Shown here piece after piece: positions 12,876 to 25,000 of a stretch of 64,000 nucleotides of DNA (the stretch's first letter is position 1; every line of letters begins with the position of its first letter). The notes below the pieces were generated by a model. That model searched no databases, was not told the DNA's origin, and saw only the letters and a list, made by a program, of their open reading frames with translations. The stretch is taken from NCBI GenBank assembly GCA_964106645.2, contig OZ067049.1. One strand, written 5' to 3'. The position numbers and the translations under genes were made by a program. This stretch comes from Podarcis pityusensis. Its lineage: Eukaryota.

Positions 12876-13084
12876 GCCCTCAGCAAGGCTGCGGTGGTTA
12901 CCTGACAAATTCAAGTGACAGCTTTGGCTCACCAGACTCCGACATGGATGGCAAATATGACAAAGATCTTGAATGTGTGTGGGTTATAGCTGCCCCCATA
13001 AACAAGCTGATCAATCTCACCTTTAACACTTTTCAACTGGAAGCAGAATCGTCTGTTCAAAACTGCCGCTATGACTATGTCCAA
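12876..13084 (+). CDS. CUBN: Cubilin exon (CUB24 N-half)
   Basis: ttttaacag| acceptor, CAA|gtaaga donor; [37 protein letters not shown]...NCRYDYVQ; 209 nt. Confidence 0.96.
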
Positions 13085-13792
13085 GTAAGATCAGTGTGTG
13101 ATAATCAAGAAATGCAAGGCACTCTCTTTGCTGTGTTTTGACCATAGGCTAGAAAATAACTTTTGTTCCCTTATTTCTTTTCATTCAAAGTCTACCTTAC
13201 AGCAGGGGTAAAGGAAATATAATAGTTTTATATGACTCTAAACAGACATGTCCTGAAGGTTTGCAAAGAAAAAGCAAAGCAAAGGTTAATTCAAGTTCAG
13301 TAAGATAGTGAACATGTAACTAAATGTTCAGTTGAAAATGACTTCCTTCTTTACATGAAATTGATTCCATTTGGACAGAAATGGATTCCATTTGGACTTG
13401 CATATCTTGGTTTCTTAAGATATGAGTCTTTGTCTGCTTGCTTGATTCTCATTCTGCTCCATTTCGCCTCCCATCTTGGCATGCTATGATTGAAGGCTTC
13501 CTGGGCTACATAACCATAATTTCCCATTATGTCCAAACTGTGCAAGAATGGTTACAAGGAATAGCCTCCTAAACAAACACAAAACTCTGGGCTCCAATCC
13601 TGCTTTGTGCCAAACCTTATATCCATGGTTTTCTGCCTTGGATGTAACAGGAAACTATGGTTAGTTAGCTGAATTGCAGTGCACCAAAAAGAGAAGAGGG
13701 AAGGGGTGATGCAAGGACAGAGCATCTGGATAAAAGGTTACACCTTAACCTGACCATTATTTTGATTTGAATTAACAACAACAACAACAATT

Positions 13793-13928
13793 CATAGAAC
13801 CCTAGAATTGTGGTCTACGATCATCTAGTTCAACATCCTGTGATGCAGGAATATGCAGCTGCCCTATATGTAGATCGAACCTGTGACCTTCGTGTTATCA
13901 GCACCGCACTCTAACCAGCTGAGCTATC
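13793..13928 (-). mobile_element. tRNA-Ile-headed SINE with CR1-type tail
   Basis: Minus strand gatagctcagctggttagagtgcggtgctgataacacgaaggtcacaggttcgatc resembles tRNA-Ile; followed by attcctgcat...gaactagatgatc...ttctatg. Confidence 0.75.
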
Positions 13929-14087
13929 AGTTGTAGTAGTTCTTGCATTTGTAAGACACCCTATGAGACATCAGTCACCAAACTGAACACTTGAACTCCT
14001 TCCACCAATCATTCCCATAGCTTTTAACTGTTCAGCTCATGCACATATCATGCTATAGAGAAGTTATGTTTCTGTTTTGTCTTTTAG

Positions 14088-14250
14088 CTGTTCGATGGTA
14101 GTAATGAAAATGCTACAGTTGTTGGCAAGTTTTGTGGCTCCAGAGTTCCAGCTCCTTTTCTTTCTACTGACAACTTCTTGACCATTAAGTTTGTCACTGA
14201 CATGTATGTAGAAAGAGCAGGTTTCAATGTTACCTACACTACTGTGGACA
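14088..14250 (+). CDS. CUBN: Cubilin exon (CUB24 C-half)
   Basis: cttttag| acceptor, A|gtgagt donor; LFDGSNENATVVGKFCGSRVPAPFLSTDNFLTIKFVTDMYVERAGFNVTYTTVD; 163 nt. Confidence 0.96.
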
Positions 14251-15103
14251 GTGAGTATAATTTTCATTTTCTTCCCAGAAGATCCTGTGAAATAAGCCAT
14301 TCCTTTGCCTTGCACAACTCCAGGGAGGATTTCAAAACTTTAAAAATCAGCAATTATATAGCTCAGTGTTATCAAATTAGGAAACCAATTATAGAGAGAA
14401 TCTGGAGCTTCCTGGAGAAGATAAGACTTGATGGAAGAGATGGTGACTGAAATGTATCTGTCTGGGTGGAGAGGATTTGGGGAGATCAGAGGGGTTAGAA
14501 GGTGGGGCTTGGTTAGGACTGTTAGACCACTGATTTAGAAAACACAAACTTGCCCATTGCTTCAAGTATTTTAAAGAGAAAAGCAACTCCAATGTCATAG
14601 AAATAAAATAATTAAAAACCCATCATGATATAATTGATCTATTTTGAATCTGCACATTTTGTCTCTTGGCACTGAACATTTGTACCTCAATGTCTTGTCG
14701 CTTTCAGATAAATATCTCTTTAGGTCAACAGCTTATGATTCTGAGTTGAAGTACACAAAAAGATCTTTGCTGGATCAGTGCAATGCCCATCTAGTCCAGC
14801 ATCCTTGTTCTGTGTTTATTCATTTAACTAAATTCATATGCCATTTTATTGCAAAATAAACCCCTTAAGCAATTCCCACAGGGGCCAGCCAGATTCCTAT
14901 TGGAAACTTGCAGGCAGGACTGGAGCGCAACACCACCCTCCCCTTGTGAGAATTGAAGCTACTGGTATTCAGAGGCATCCTGCCTTGGATGCTGGAAGTT
15001 ATACGTAACCACCATCCCTAGTAGCTACTGATAGCCTTGTTCCTCCATGAAAGAGTGCTTATAACCCAGCAAGCTTGTCAAGTGTTGCTGTTGCTTTTAA
15101 CAG

Positions 15104-15312
15104 GACTGTGCGGAGGTGTGTTTAATGCAACTTCAACCAGCCAAACAGCAACATCGCCCTACTTTCCAGAAGCATATCCTCCCTTTACGTACTGCAGATG
15201 GGTTATTGATGCTCCTCCTGAGCAACACGTGAAAATAGTGGTGCAAGAATTCCACCTCCAGTCCAGCCAGGACTGCTCTCAGAATTATCTAGAGTTCCAA
15301 GAGTCACCACTG
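15104..15312 (+). CDS. CUBN: Cubilin exon (CUB25 N-half)
   Basis: ttttaacag| acceptor, CTG|gtaagt donor; (R)LCGGVFNATSTSQTATSPYFPEAYPPFTYCRWVID...QNYLEFQESPL; 209 nt. Confidence 0.96.
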
Positions 15313-16068
15313 GTAAGTCAGCCAGGCCTGCTGCTAGGATCCTTGTGTGCTAAGGGTGAAGGTGGGGATCCCCAGTCTGGGTGTCAAAGGTCCATGAGAT
15401 TTCCCTGCTTTCAATCCCCCTTGTCCAAATCTCTGCATTGTCTGATACTGAAGGCCAAACAAGACCCAATGCTAATTGCATGAATGGAACTTATGTGCAT
15501 ATATTTTTTTGCTATGTTAATAGTAACCCTGGTACCACCTCAGAAATTGGGTCAGGGGGGACTTTTAGCTCTTTCTTTCTTTCCTTGCCTTCATTGAAAT
15601 GCAAGTAGTAGCTTTGGAAAGTTGATGTTGTTAGGACTATGGCAGGGACATAAAACATGAAGTGCTCTCTCCCTACCATCCACTGCCCTTAAGCAGCTAT
15701 CATAGCTACTATCTGCATAACAAAACAAAAAACAAAAACCTATGGGTGTGAATTGCATTCATGCAATTAATGCCATGTGGTCTCGATTGAAGTCTGAGGG
15801 TTGGGAGATTGAAATCCTGGTGTCAGGCATTCCCCCCCCCCCCAGGTAAGACTGTTTTTTTTAAAGGGTAAAGGAAATGTAAGCTTTATTATTCATGACA
15901 AACAAAGCCATTCCAAGTGTAGGTTTTACATGCAGCCAAGATGAAGCCAATAAGTTAGCACTAGCACATTCTAACTCATTCCAATACAGGCTGAACCTGG
16001 GGAAGCAGCAGTAAGTAAGGAAAGCCTGAAAGGAAGCGGTTGCTTTACCAATGAGTAGTTACTAAGAG

Positions 16069-16880
16069 CCAGAATTAAGATTGCCGGAAGAAATATCAAC
16101 ATATGCAGATGACACAACTTTGATGGCAGAAAGTGAGGAGGAATTAAAGAACCTCTTAATGAGGGTGAAAGAGGGGAGCGCAAAATATGCTCTGAAGCTC
16201 AACATCAAAAAAACCTAAGATCATGGCCACTGGTCCCATCACCTCCTGGCAAATAGAAGGGGAAGAAATGGAGGCAGTGAGAGATCATACTTTCTTGGGC
16301 TCCATGATCACTGCAGATGGTGACAGCAGTCACAAAATTAAAAGACACCTGCTTCTTGGGAGAAAAGCGATGACAAACCTAGACAGCATCTTAAAAAGCA
16401 GAGACATCACCTTGGTGACAAAGGTCCATATAGTTAAAGCTATGGTTTTCCCAGTAGTGATGTATGGAAGTGAGAGCTGGACCATAAAGAAGGCTGATCG
16501 CTGAAGAATTGATGCTCTTGAATTATGGTGCTGGAGGAGATTCTTGAGAGTCCCATGGACTGCAAGAAGATCAAACCTATCCATTCTGAAGGAAATCAGC
16601 CCTAAGTACTCACTGGAAGGACAGATCCTGAAGCTGAGGCTCCAATACTTTGGCCACCTCATGAGAAGAGGAGACTCCCTGGAAAAGACCCTGATGTTGG
16701 GAAAGATGGAGGGCACAAGAAGAAGGGGATGACAGAGGACAAGATGGTTGGACAGTGTTCTCGAAGCTTCTAACATGAGTTTGACCAAACTGCGGGAGGC
16801 GGTGGAGGACAGGAGTACCTGGCATGCTCTGGTCCATGGGGTCACGGAGAGTCGGACACAACTAAAGGACTAAACAACAA
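16069..16880 (+). mobile_element. 5'-truncated Bov-B (RTE clade) LINE
   Basis: Disrupted RT C-terminus (YADDTTL; ORFs 16223-16504 and 16544-16732: KAMVFPVVMYGSESWTIKKA, LRVPWTARRSN); (CAA)n tail; perfect 12-bp TSD agttactaagag (16057-16068 / 16881-16892). Confidence 0.93.
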
Positions 16881-17116
16881 AGTTACTAAGAGAGAAGGAA
16901 TCAGTGAGGAGGATCGGGTTGCCTTTAATGCCAAGAATGTCACAAGCACTGGCAACCAGATGCCTGTGTTCACATGGTACTATATCTTGCAATAGCTGTG
17001 CAAAATGTCACAAGCCACAATATGTCACAATCTGTTAGGAAAGTCTCCTTCATTTCCATATGCTCTTTTTTTCCTTGTCCCCCCCAAGCTTTGACTTCTT
17101 GCTTATTACATTTCAG

Positions 17117-17273
17117 GGCAATCCAGAACATGCTGATCACGTCCACCGATTCTGCGGCTCCGAAAATCTTGCGATTCCTGTGTTTTATTCTTATGGGCGG
17201 ACTGCTGTTGTAATTTTCAGATCAGAAGCCTATGTGGTTAATAATGGACTTAGCTTCTCTTACCTGACTTCAG
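17117..17273 (+). CDS. CUBN: Cubilin exon (CUB25 C-half)
   Basis: tttcag| acceptor, G|gtaaag donor; GNPEHADHVHRFCGSENLAIPVFYSYGRTAVVIFRSEAYVVNNGLSFSYLTS; 157 nt. Confidence 0.95.
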
Positions 17274-17404
17274 GTAAAGCTTTCACCCTGCTTTTTATAG
17301 GCGCCAAAAATTATTAGCGTGGGGAGTGAAAATCTAAAGGTGTGAAGATATTGTAAAATGTAGAAACGATATATATTTATATTTATATATTTGTCTCCTG
17401 CTAG

Positions 17405-17580
17405 GCTGCAACAGAGAATACAACCAATCATTTGGCTATCTGAAAAGCCCGGGCTGGCCTGATCCTTACCCTCACAACTTGGATTGTACTATTATTCTGC
17501 GGTCCCCACTAAATCACACCATCTCTCTCTTTTTCAATTCCTTCAACCTACAACACAGTGGATGCCGTGATTTCTTAGAG
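17405..17580 (+). CDS. CUBN: Cubilin exon (CUB26 N-half)
   Basis: ctcctgctag| acceptor after a 131-nt intron, GAG|gtatga donor; (G)[58 protein letters not shown]; 176 nt. Confidence 0.96.
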
Positions 17581-18036
17581 GTATGACAGTTACCTGCTTC
17601 ACATGGTCTGCTTCATGGGGCCCCTTTCCTTAAACCAAGAACCTGATCCAGATTACCTCCTATGTCTGCAATTTCCTTTTCAAGTAGCAGCTAGTCAAAT
17701 CCTAGGTTAGATGATAGACCAGAATGGGTCACATGGCACCTCCTAACTCCTGTAAAAATGTCCAAGAGGACTCTGCTACTATATTCCATGTGACAAGTTT
17801 GCCTCTGTTGCCATGTGCTGGGTCTGACTCAGATACCATGCTGATTATAAGGTCAGCTTTGTGACAAAGCACTTGTAGGAATCACCCTTTAAAAAAAAAA
17901 AAAAAAAGTTTAAAGATACCTGCTAGTGTCATGACAGAGACTGTTTCCATCAAGTTACCTGTATCAGTTGCAAAGATTTTAATTATTCATCACTGATAAC
18001 ATTTCATTAACAATGGCTTTGTATATTCTTCTAAAG

Positions 18037-18202
18037 GTCAGAAATGGTAGTGATGCAAACTCTCCACTGCTTGGCAAGTACTGTGGGAACACCCTACCCA
18101 ATCCTGTATTTGCCAAAAATCATGCTGTGTATCTCCGTTTCAAAAGCGACATCGTAGCTTCCAGTGAAGGATATGAAATCACTTGGACTTCATCACCAAC
18201 TG
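18037..18202 (+). CDS. CUBN: Cubilin exon (CUB26 C-half)
   Basis: ttcttctaaag| acceptor, G|gtacta donor; [55 protein letters not shown]; 166 nt. Confidence 0.96.
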
Positions 18203-18221
18203 GTACTAGAAAATGGTTTTC

Positions 18222-20317
18222 TTTTTTTAAAAAAATAATAATATTTATTGAGATTTAAAAGATAAAAAAAAGAAAAAATAGATAACAACATGTTAAACAG
18301 AAAAACAGAACATCATGTCACAATAACGAAGAGAGAGAGAAAAAAGAAAAAAAGAAAAAAGATAAACAAAAAAACAAACAAAAATATATACAACAAATCT
18401 TCCCATAATTTATCTTTCATTTGCTTATTTCTTTGACCTCCTCACGCCTTCCCTTTTTGTATTCTAGTTCAATTAGCTATTTCAGCAAGTCCTTTCCATC
18501 TTTTCCAGTTTTTATCCTCTATTTTATCTTAATATATTATAGCTTTACTTTCCCTCCTTTCACCATTTAACAATCTATTTTTTCTTAAACCTTTATAGCA
18601 TTTCTGCTAAAATCACATTACTTCATTCCAACATCCTTCTAACATTCTTTAATTTTACAGTGTTTCTGTAAATAAACTTTAAATTTCTTCCAATCTTCTT
18701 CCACCGACTCTTCTCCCTGGTCTCGGATTCTGCCAGTCATTTCCGCCAGTTCCATGTAGTCCATCACCTTCATCTGCCATTCTTCCCGGGTGGGTAGATC
18801 TTGTGTCTTCCAATACTTCGCGATGAGTATTCTTGCTGCTGTTGTAGCATACATAAAGAAAGTTCTGTCCTTTTTTGACACCAATTGGCCGACCATGCCC
18901 AGAAGAAAGGCCTCTGGTTTCTTCAGAAAGATATATTTAAATACCTTTTTCATTTCATTATAAATCATCTCCCAGAATGTCTTAATCTTTGGGCACGTCC
19001 ACCAAAGGTGAAAAAATGTACCTTCAGTCTCTTTACATTTCCAACATTTATTATCGGGCAAATGATATATTTTAGCAAGCTTGACTGGTGTCATGTACCA
19101 CCTATAGATCATTTTCATTATATTCTCTCTTAAGGCATTACATGCCGTAAACTTCATACCTGTGGTCCACAACTGTTGCCAGTCAGCCATCATAATATTA
19201 TGTCCTACATCTTGTGCCCATTTAATCATAGTTGATTTCACCATTTCATCCTGAGTGTTCCATTTCAACAGCAAGTTATACATTCTTGACAAATTCTTAA
19301 TTTTTGGATCTAACAGTTCTGTTTCCAATTTTGATTTTTCCACCTGGAAGCCAATTTTTTTATTCAAATTGTACGCCTCCATTATTTGATAATAATGGAG
19401 CCAGTCTCTCACTCTATTTTTTAGTTTTTCAAAGCTCTGCAGTTTTACTCTGTCTTCCTCTTGTTCCAAAATTTCCCAATATTTTGGCCATATTGAGCTT
19501 TTTCTGAGCCTTCGCTTCCATTGGTGACAACCACCTTGGGGTCTTGTTTTCAAGCAAGTCCTTATATCTTATCCAGACATTAAACAGTGCTTTTCTGACA
19601 ATATGGTTTTTAAACGCTTTATGTGCTTTGACCTTGTCATACCACAAATATGCATGCCACCCAAATACGTTGTTAAAACCTTCTAGGTCCAACACGTCAG
19701 TATTTTCAAGAAGCAGCCATTCTCTCAGCCAGCAAAACGCGGCTGATTCATAATAAAGTTTAAAGTCTGGCAGGGCAAATCCACCTCTTTCTTTAGCATC
19801 GGTTAATATCTTAAATTTTATTCGAGGCTTCTTGCCCTGCCAGACAAGTCTAGAAATATCTCTCTGCCACTTCTTGAAATAATCCATCTTATCCAAAATT
19901 TGCAATGTTTGGAACAAAAACAGCATCCTTGGCAATACATTCATTTTTATCACAGCAATTCGGCCTAGCAATGATAGCTTCCGATTTGACCATATTTCTA
20001 AATCCTTTTTCACTTCCATCCAGCATTTTTCATAGTTATCCTTAAATAAATTCACATTCTTGGCAGTCATATTGACCCCTAGATATTTCACTTTCTTAAC
20101 CAATGTTAATCCTGTCTCCTTCTGAAACCTCTCTCTTTCCATCACTGTTAGATTTTTCTCTAAAACCTTAGTTTTCATCTTGTTCAACTTAAAACCCGCT
20201 ACCTGACCAAATTCTTGAATTAGTTCCAATACTTTTTTGGTACTAGGTTCTGGCTCCTGTAATGTCAATACCAAATCATCAGCAAATGCTTTCAATTTGT
20301 ACTGTTTAGCTCCGACT
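18222..20317 (-). mobile_element. 5'-truncated L1-clade LINE (ORF2 RT C-half, Cys-rich domain, 3' UTR)
   Basis: ORFs 19429-20295 (AFADDL, KYLG) and 18639-19553 (CWKC-x8-H-x4-C) separated by one frameshift; AATAAA on the minus strand at 18244-18249; TSD TGGTTTTC (18214-18221 / 20318-20325). Confidence 0.93.
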
Positions 20318-20646
20318 TGGTTTTCATTCTATATTTGTTTGTTTGTTTCCACTTATCGTATATCCTGCTATTTGGACTTTCAAGGGTCTCAGGGTATCTT
20401 ACAAATTATTTTTAAAAACATTAAGACTTAATTTAAACTACATTTAAGAGATTATAATGACTCCCACTGAATAGACTATTAAATATGGATTTCCAGTCAT
20501 CTAGAACTGTGTCAGATTCACCTTCTATATAAATATGTGCTGAAATAAGAAACCTTTGACCATTCCTGAATGGAAGGACTGGATCGGTTTAGGAGCCTTT
20601 GCTGCAGAAATAGTTTCAAGGAAAGGGAACCACTCACTCCTCCTTA

Positions 20647-20985
20647 TCATCATCATCATCATCATCATCAAACCTTTTATTGGCATCACATACAAACATC
20701 CAAAACAAATAAATACAGAATTACCACTTCCCCAGTGGCACAAAACATTTGCTAAAAGAAAGGAGGCAGGGCAGTCTATCGTCACATCTCTAGGTCTCCA
20801 GGGAGATCAGACGTCTGCAGTGTATTTTGACAACAAAAAACCAAATAGAGATATTTAGCCACTAACTTGGTGAGCTCCTGATCACTTCCCAGTAATAGAA
20901 AATGTATGACCTCCAACTCTGGTTTCCATTTGGGAATACAGAGTTGATCTAGAAATTGCTGGCGGAGATGAGGATCTAGTTTACA
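20647..20985 (-). mobile_element. LINE 3' end, possibly RTE-X-like, with (GAT)n tail
   Basis: Minus strand peptide HLRQQFLDQL...IHFLLLGSDQELTKLVAKYL*, then a short UTR, AATAAA and (GAT)n. Clade assignment from recall only. Confidence 0.5.
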
Positions 20986-21519
20986 ATTATCCTTTTCCCC
21001 ACAAATCCAACTTGTATCAGTGAGCAATCTCGGAATAAGGCCTCTTCTATTGATGTATGGAAGGGATGGGGAAAGTTTGGTCTTCAAGGTGTTGGTGTAA
21101 AACTCCCACCAACCCTGACTATTGGCCATTCTGGCTGGGACTGGCTGGGACTGGGAGTTGGAGTCCAGCAACACCTGGAGAACCGCAGATGTTCTCCATC
21201 TCTGCTATACATCAGCAGAAGAGGCCTCATCCAGTCGTGGCTACACTCCTCGCTGGGATCCACTTCTCCTTCTTTGGTGTCCTGCCAGTTCATGACATCA
21301 AGCTTTATAAAATTTGAAGGTTTAAAACCATCACTTTAATTGTGCTTGCAAACAAATTTGGAGCCAGACCAGCTATTTTAACAATCCCATTATATGCTCC
21401 TTTCAACCAACTCCTGAGATTAAATATTGATAACACTTTGAACTAGTTGAAATTGCCAGATCACCTTCAAAGGTAAATCACTGTAAAGTGTAGTAGTAGT
21501 AGTAGTAGTAGTAGTAGTA

Positions 21520-21985
21520 ATGATAATTTATTATTTATACCCCACCCATCTGGCTGGGTTTCCCCAGCCACTCTGGCGGCTTCCAATAGGATGTTAAAAA
21601 CACAGTAAAATATCAAACATTAAAAACTTCCCTAAACAGGGCTGCCTTCAGATGTCTTCTAAAAGTCAGATTTCTTTGACATCTGGTGGGAGGGTGTTCC
21701 ACAGGGCGGGTGCCACTACCAAGAAGGCCCTCTGCCTGGTTCCCTGTAACTCCACTTCTAGCAGTGAGGGAACCGCCAGAAGGCCCTCAGCGCTGGACCA
21801 CAGTATCCGGGCAGCTCCTTCAGGTATACTGGGCCGAGGTCATTTAGGGCTTTAAAGGTCAGCACCAACACTTTGAATTGTGCCCCAAAACGTACTGGGA
21901 GCCAATGTAGGTCTTTCAGGACCGGAGTTATGTGGTCTTGGCGGCCACTCGCAGTCACCAGTCTAGCTGCCGCATTCTGGATTAC
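21520..21985 (-). mobile_element. L2 LINE 3' fragment
   Basis: ORF 21758-22009 IQNAAARLVT...HITPVLKDLHWLPV...FKVLVLTFKAL is the typical L2 ORF2 end; same 3' UTR as 32104-32536. Confidence 0.9.
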
Positions 21986-22382
21986 AACAACCCAATCTGG
22001 ATGTTCCATACATTACAATGGTCGGGTGAGCCTCCTTCTCCAAAAGGTTTGTAACTGGCCAACAAGCCTAAGCTGGTAAAACGTGTTCCTGGCCATGGCT
22101 GCTGCCTGGGAATTCACGAACAATCACAAGACATACTGTAACCTAAAAATTGGTATGTTATGTTATGTTTTGTTTTGCAATTGTATTCCTATAAATCCAG
22201 GCCGGTTGAGATTTCAGGAAAAAAACAACCCTCATGCGATCTTCCTCATCCAGTTTAAGACCAATGAAGTTAGTTTAAGAAATGCAGCATAACCATTGAT
22301 ACTTTCTCCCTTATGTCTATTGCTGAGAATGTTGAGAGTGCACAGTACAACAAATTATTTAGCACTAACTTTCTGTTTGTAG

Positions 22383-22618
22383 GATGTGGTGGTACTTTAT
22401 ATGGTGAGACTGGTTCATTTGCCAGCCCTGGGTACCCAGCTTCTTATCAGAATCAGACAGACTGCGAGTGGACAATTAAAGCCCCCCAAGGAAGGGCTGT
22501 TACTGTCAATTTTGCTTTCATCAGCATTGATGATCCTGGTGACTGTAGCAGCAACTATCTGAAACTCTATAATGGACCGGACAGTAGCCATGCATCTATG
22601 GGACCATATTGTGGAATG
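22383..22618 (+). CDS. CUBN: Cubilin penultimate exon (CUB27)
   Basis: tttgtag| acceptor, ATG|gtatgt donor; (G)CGGTLYGETGSFASPGYPASYQNQTDCEWTIKAPQGR...MGPYCGM; 236 nt. Confidence 0.96.
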
Positions 22619-24170
22619 GTATGTTTTAATTTTGTACTATGCGACGTTTGCCAGTGTGGACTCCAGCTCTGTTGTGAGTTGTGTAATATACATGGTCATT
22701 CCAACAGAGAGACTGTAGTGACATCTAGTGGACTTTGTGCTAAAGTGTTCGTTTTATTTTAGTTTCTTCCTCTGAGCGTTTCCAAAATGAGATCTAATAT
22801 CTCAGTTCACAAACTCTTACCCCTTCCATGTTGCAATGCAGAGAAAGCAGTGCTGGATGAAATTATGAGATTCCTCACCTGAAGGCAGCTCAGTTATACA
22901 CAGCCTGGTGAAATCTAAATTGGACTATACCGCACTCTGTGCTGGGTTGCCTTTGAAGGCAGTTCAGTCATATTGCAGTTGGTACAAAACACAGCTGTTG
23001 TAGGGAATACATCTTGTCACTTTTAAATGAACCCCTCTGGCTGTCAATTTGTTTCTAGGAAGAATTCAGAGTGTTTATTCAGTTTATTCAAAATTATAAC
23101 CTTTAAAGGCCCTACATGGCTTGGGACTTGAGTACTAGGAAGGGTTGGCTGCTCGCATGCAAGCCTGGCAGACGTTTAAGATATTCATCCACAGGCTGCT
23201 CAGAATACCCTGCCACCACCAGAAGCAATGGAAATGCACCCTGCTCTGTCTGTACACACGATACCTTTAAATCATATTTAAAGTGTGTGCACACACACAT
23301 ACAATCATGGGAACTGTAGTTTGTCCCTCACAAAACTACACTTCCCAGCACTCTAAGCAAGCTACAGTTCTCAGGATTCTTGAGTGGTGAAAATGTGCTT
23401 TAAAGGTACGGGTGTGTACATAGCCCCTGTAAGCAATGCTTGACGCAACCTAAGATATGTTTTGTCAAACATCCACACCTCATTCTGCTTCATTAGTTGT
23501 TTTGTCATGCTTTTCCAATGCCATCTGGGGCCAGGGCACTCTTGCATTATAGTGCAATGAAAGCAAGACAAAAAAACTAAATTAGAACATTTGAGGTATA
23601 AAAAGTTACAGGGACGTTTCCGCAGGAAGTCTAGGGATCTGCATTGATTGGAAAGTAAGCAGTATGTCTACCCCAAAACTTTTACAGCTGCAAGCAGTAT
23701 TGAAAACAGCATCATGTCATAATCGCCCCAATATCATCACAAATTCACAATAAAAAGGATGTCTGGAAGGGCCCTTAAACCAGGGTCAGTTCCAGACAAC
23801 TTGTTTGTTGAACATTCATCCTGATCTGTTTCCACAAAGCTTGTGAGGCGGTTAGACAATGTCAGCTATTTATTCATTCTGATTTGTTTGGGGGAAGTTA
23901 TATTATGTTCCATAAAGCAATTGTTATCCCACACTTCCAAGCACGTTTCCTCATCACTTTCCTTATTGCAAAAAGTCTACTTTAGCAGGGGAGGAATTCC
24001 AAATAAACTTTTAATTGCACAATCTGAATTTGCTGGTATGTGATTTAATCCTCTGTGCAAAATAAAGACAGCCTGGAACCATCCTGTGTAGCATTCTTAT
24101 AGGAATGTGCTTTCTGTGAAAAAGTTCTGTAATCAGTATTATTATTATTTTTTTCCCCTTTTCTTCTCAG

Positions 24171-24278
24171 GACACCAACATTGCTCCATTTACAGCTGCA
24201 TCACATGAAGTGTTTATAAAATTCCATTCAGAGTATGTAACTCTACCGTCAGGATTTAGGCTAACTTGGAACAGCTGA
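24171..24278 (+). CDS. CUBN: Cubilin terminal coding exon
   Basis: Strong pyrimidine tract and ctcag| acceptor; DTNIAPFTAASHEVFIKFHSEYVTLPSGFRLTWNS*, matching the recalled cubilin C-terminus (..FRLTWDS*). Confidence 0.96.
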   Translation, partial: DTNIAPFTAASHEVFIKFHSEYVTLPSGFRLTWNS

Positions 24279-24366
24279 AATAATGCTTCTGTGGAAAAAA
24301 ATACATTTATTCAGCACTTCTCTGTATTGAAGAGACTTCAAAGAATATAATTGTCTCCATATATAC

Positions 24367-24372
24367 AATAAA
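24367..24372 (+). terminator. Probable CUBN polyadenylation signal
   Basis: AATAAA about 89 nt after the stop codon, followed by GT/T-rich sequence (gttgttatgtattttt). Confidence 0.7.
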
Positions 24373-24451
24373 ATTATTTTGGTCAATGCAGTTGTTATGT
24401 ATTTTTCAAATTCAAATGATTTTGAGCTCTTTGTGATTGCTTGTAAGAATA

Positions 24452-24676
24452 CAGTGGTACCTCTAGTTACAAACTTAATTCGTTCTGGAGGTCTGTTCTT
24501 AACCTGAAACTGTTCTTAACTAGAGGCGTGCTTTCACTAATGGGGCCTCTTGCTGCTGCTGCTGCACCACTAGCACATGATTTCCGTTCTAATCCGTTCT
24601 CGAGTTCTCAACTCGAGGTAACCCTTCCAGGTTAGCGGAGTTTGTCACCTGAGTCGTTTGTAACTCGTGGTATCTG
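24452..24676. mobile_element. Tc1/mariner (Tigger-like) MITE
   Basis: TA followed by CAGTGGTACCTCTAGTTACAAAC left TIR; degenerate right TIR gtttgtaactcgtggtatctg. Confidence 0.7.
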
Positions 24677-24969
24677 TTTGTTATTGGGCACAAAACACTG
24701 AAAATGACTCCAAATGAGAGCTGAGTGCCCCTAAGCAAACTATTCTCCAAAATCACTCTTCTATATAGACTGGAGCATTGCAAAAATAACTCTTGAACTA
24801 TTGGTGGAGCGGGAGACATCAACTAGCGTTCCTGCTGGATACAGAAAATCATGCTCAGTTCTAAGATACATGAATTTGTATCTTGTATCGTTTGGGACAT
24901 TTACACACTTTCCAAAATTAGAATGGTTGGTTATATTTATAACCACAGTATTTCAGATCAAATACAAAT

Positions 24970-25000
<31 letters not shown>

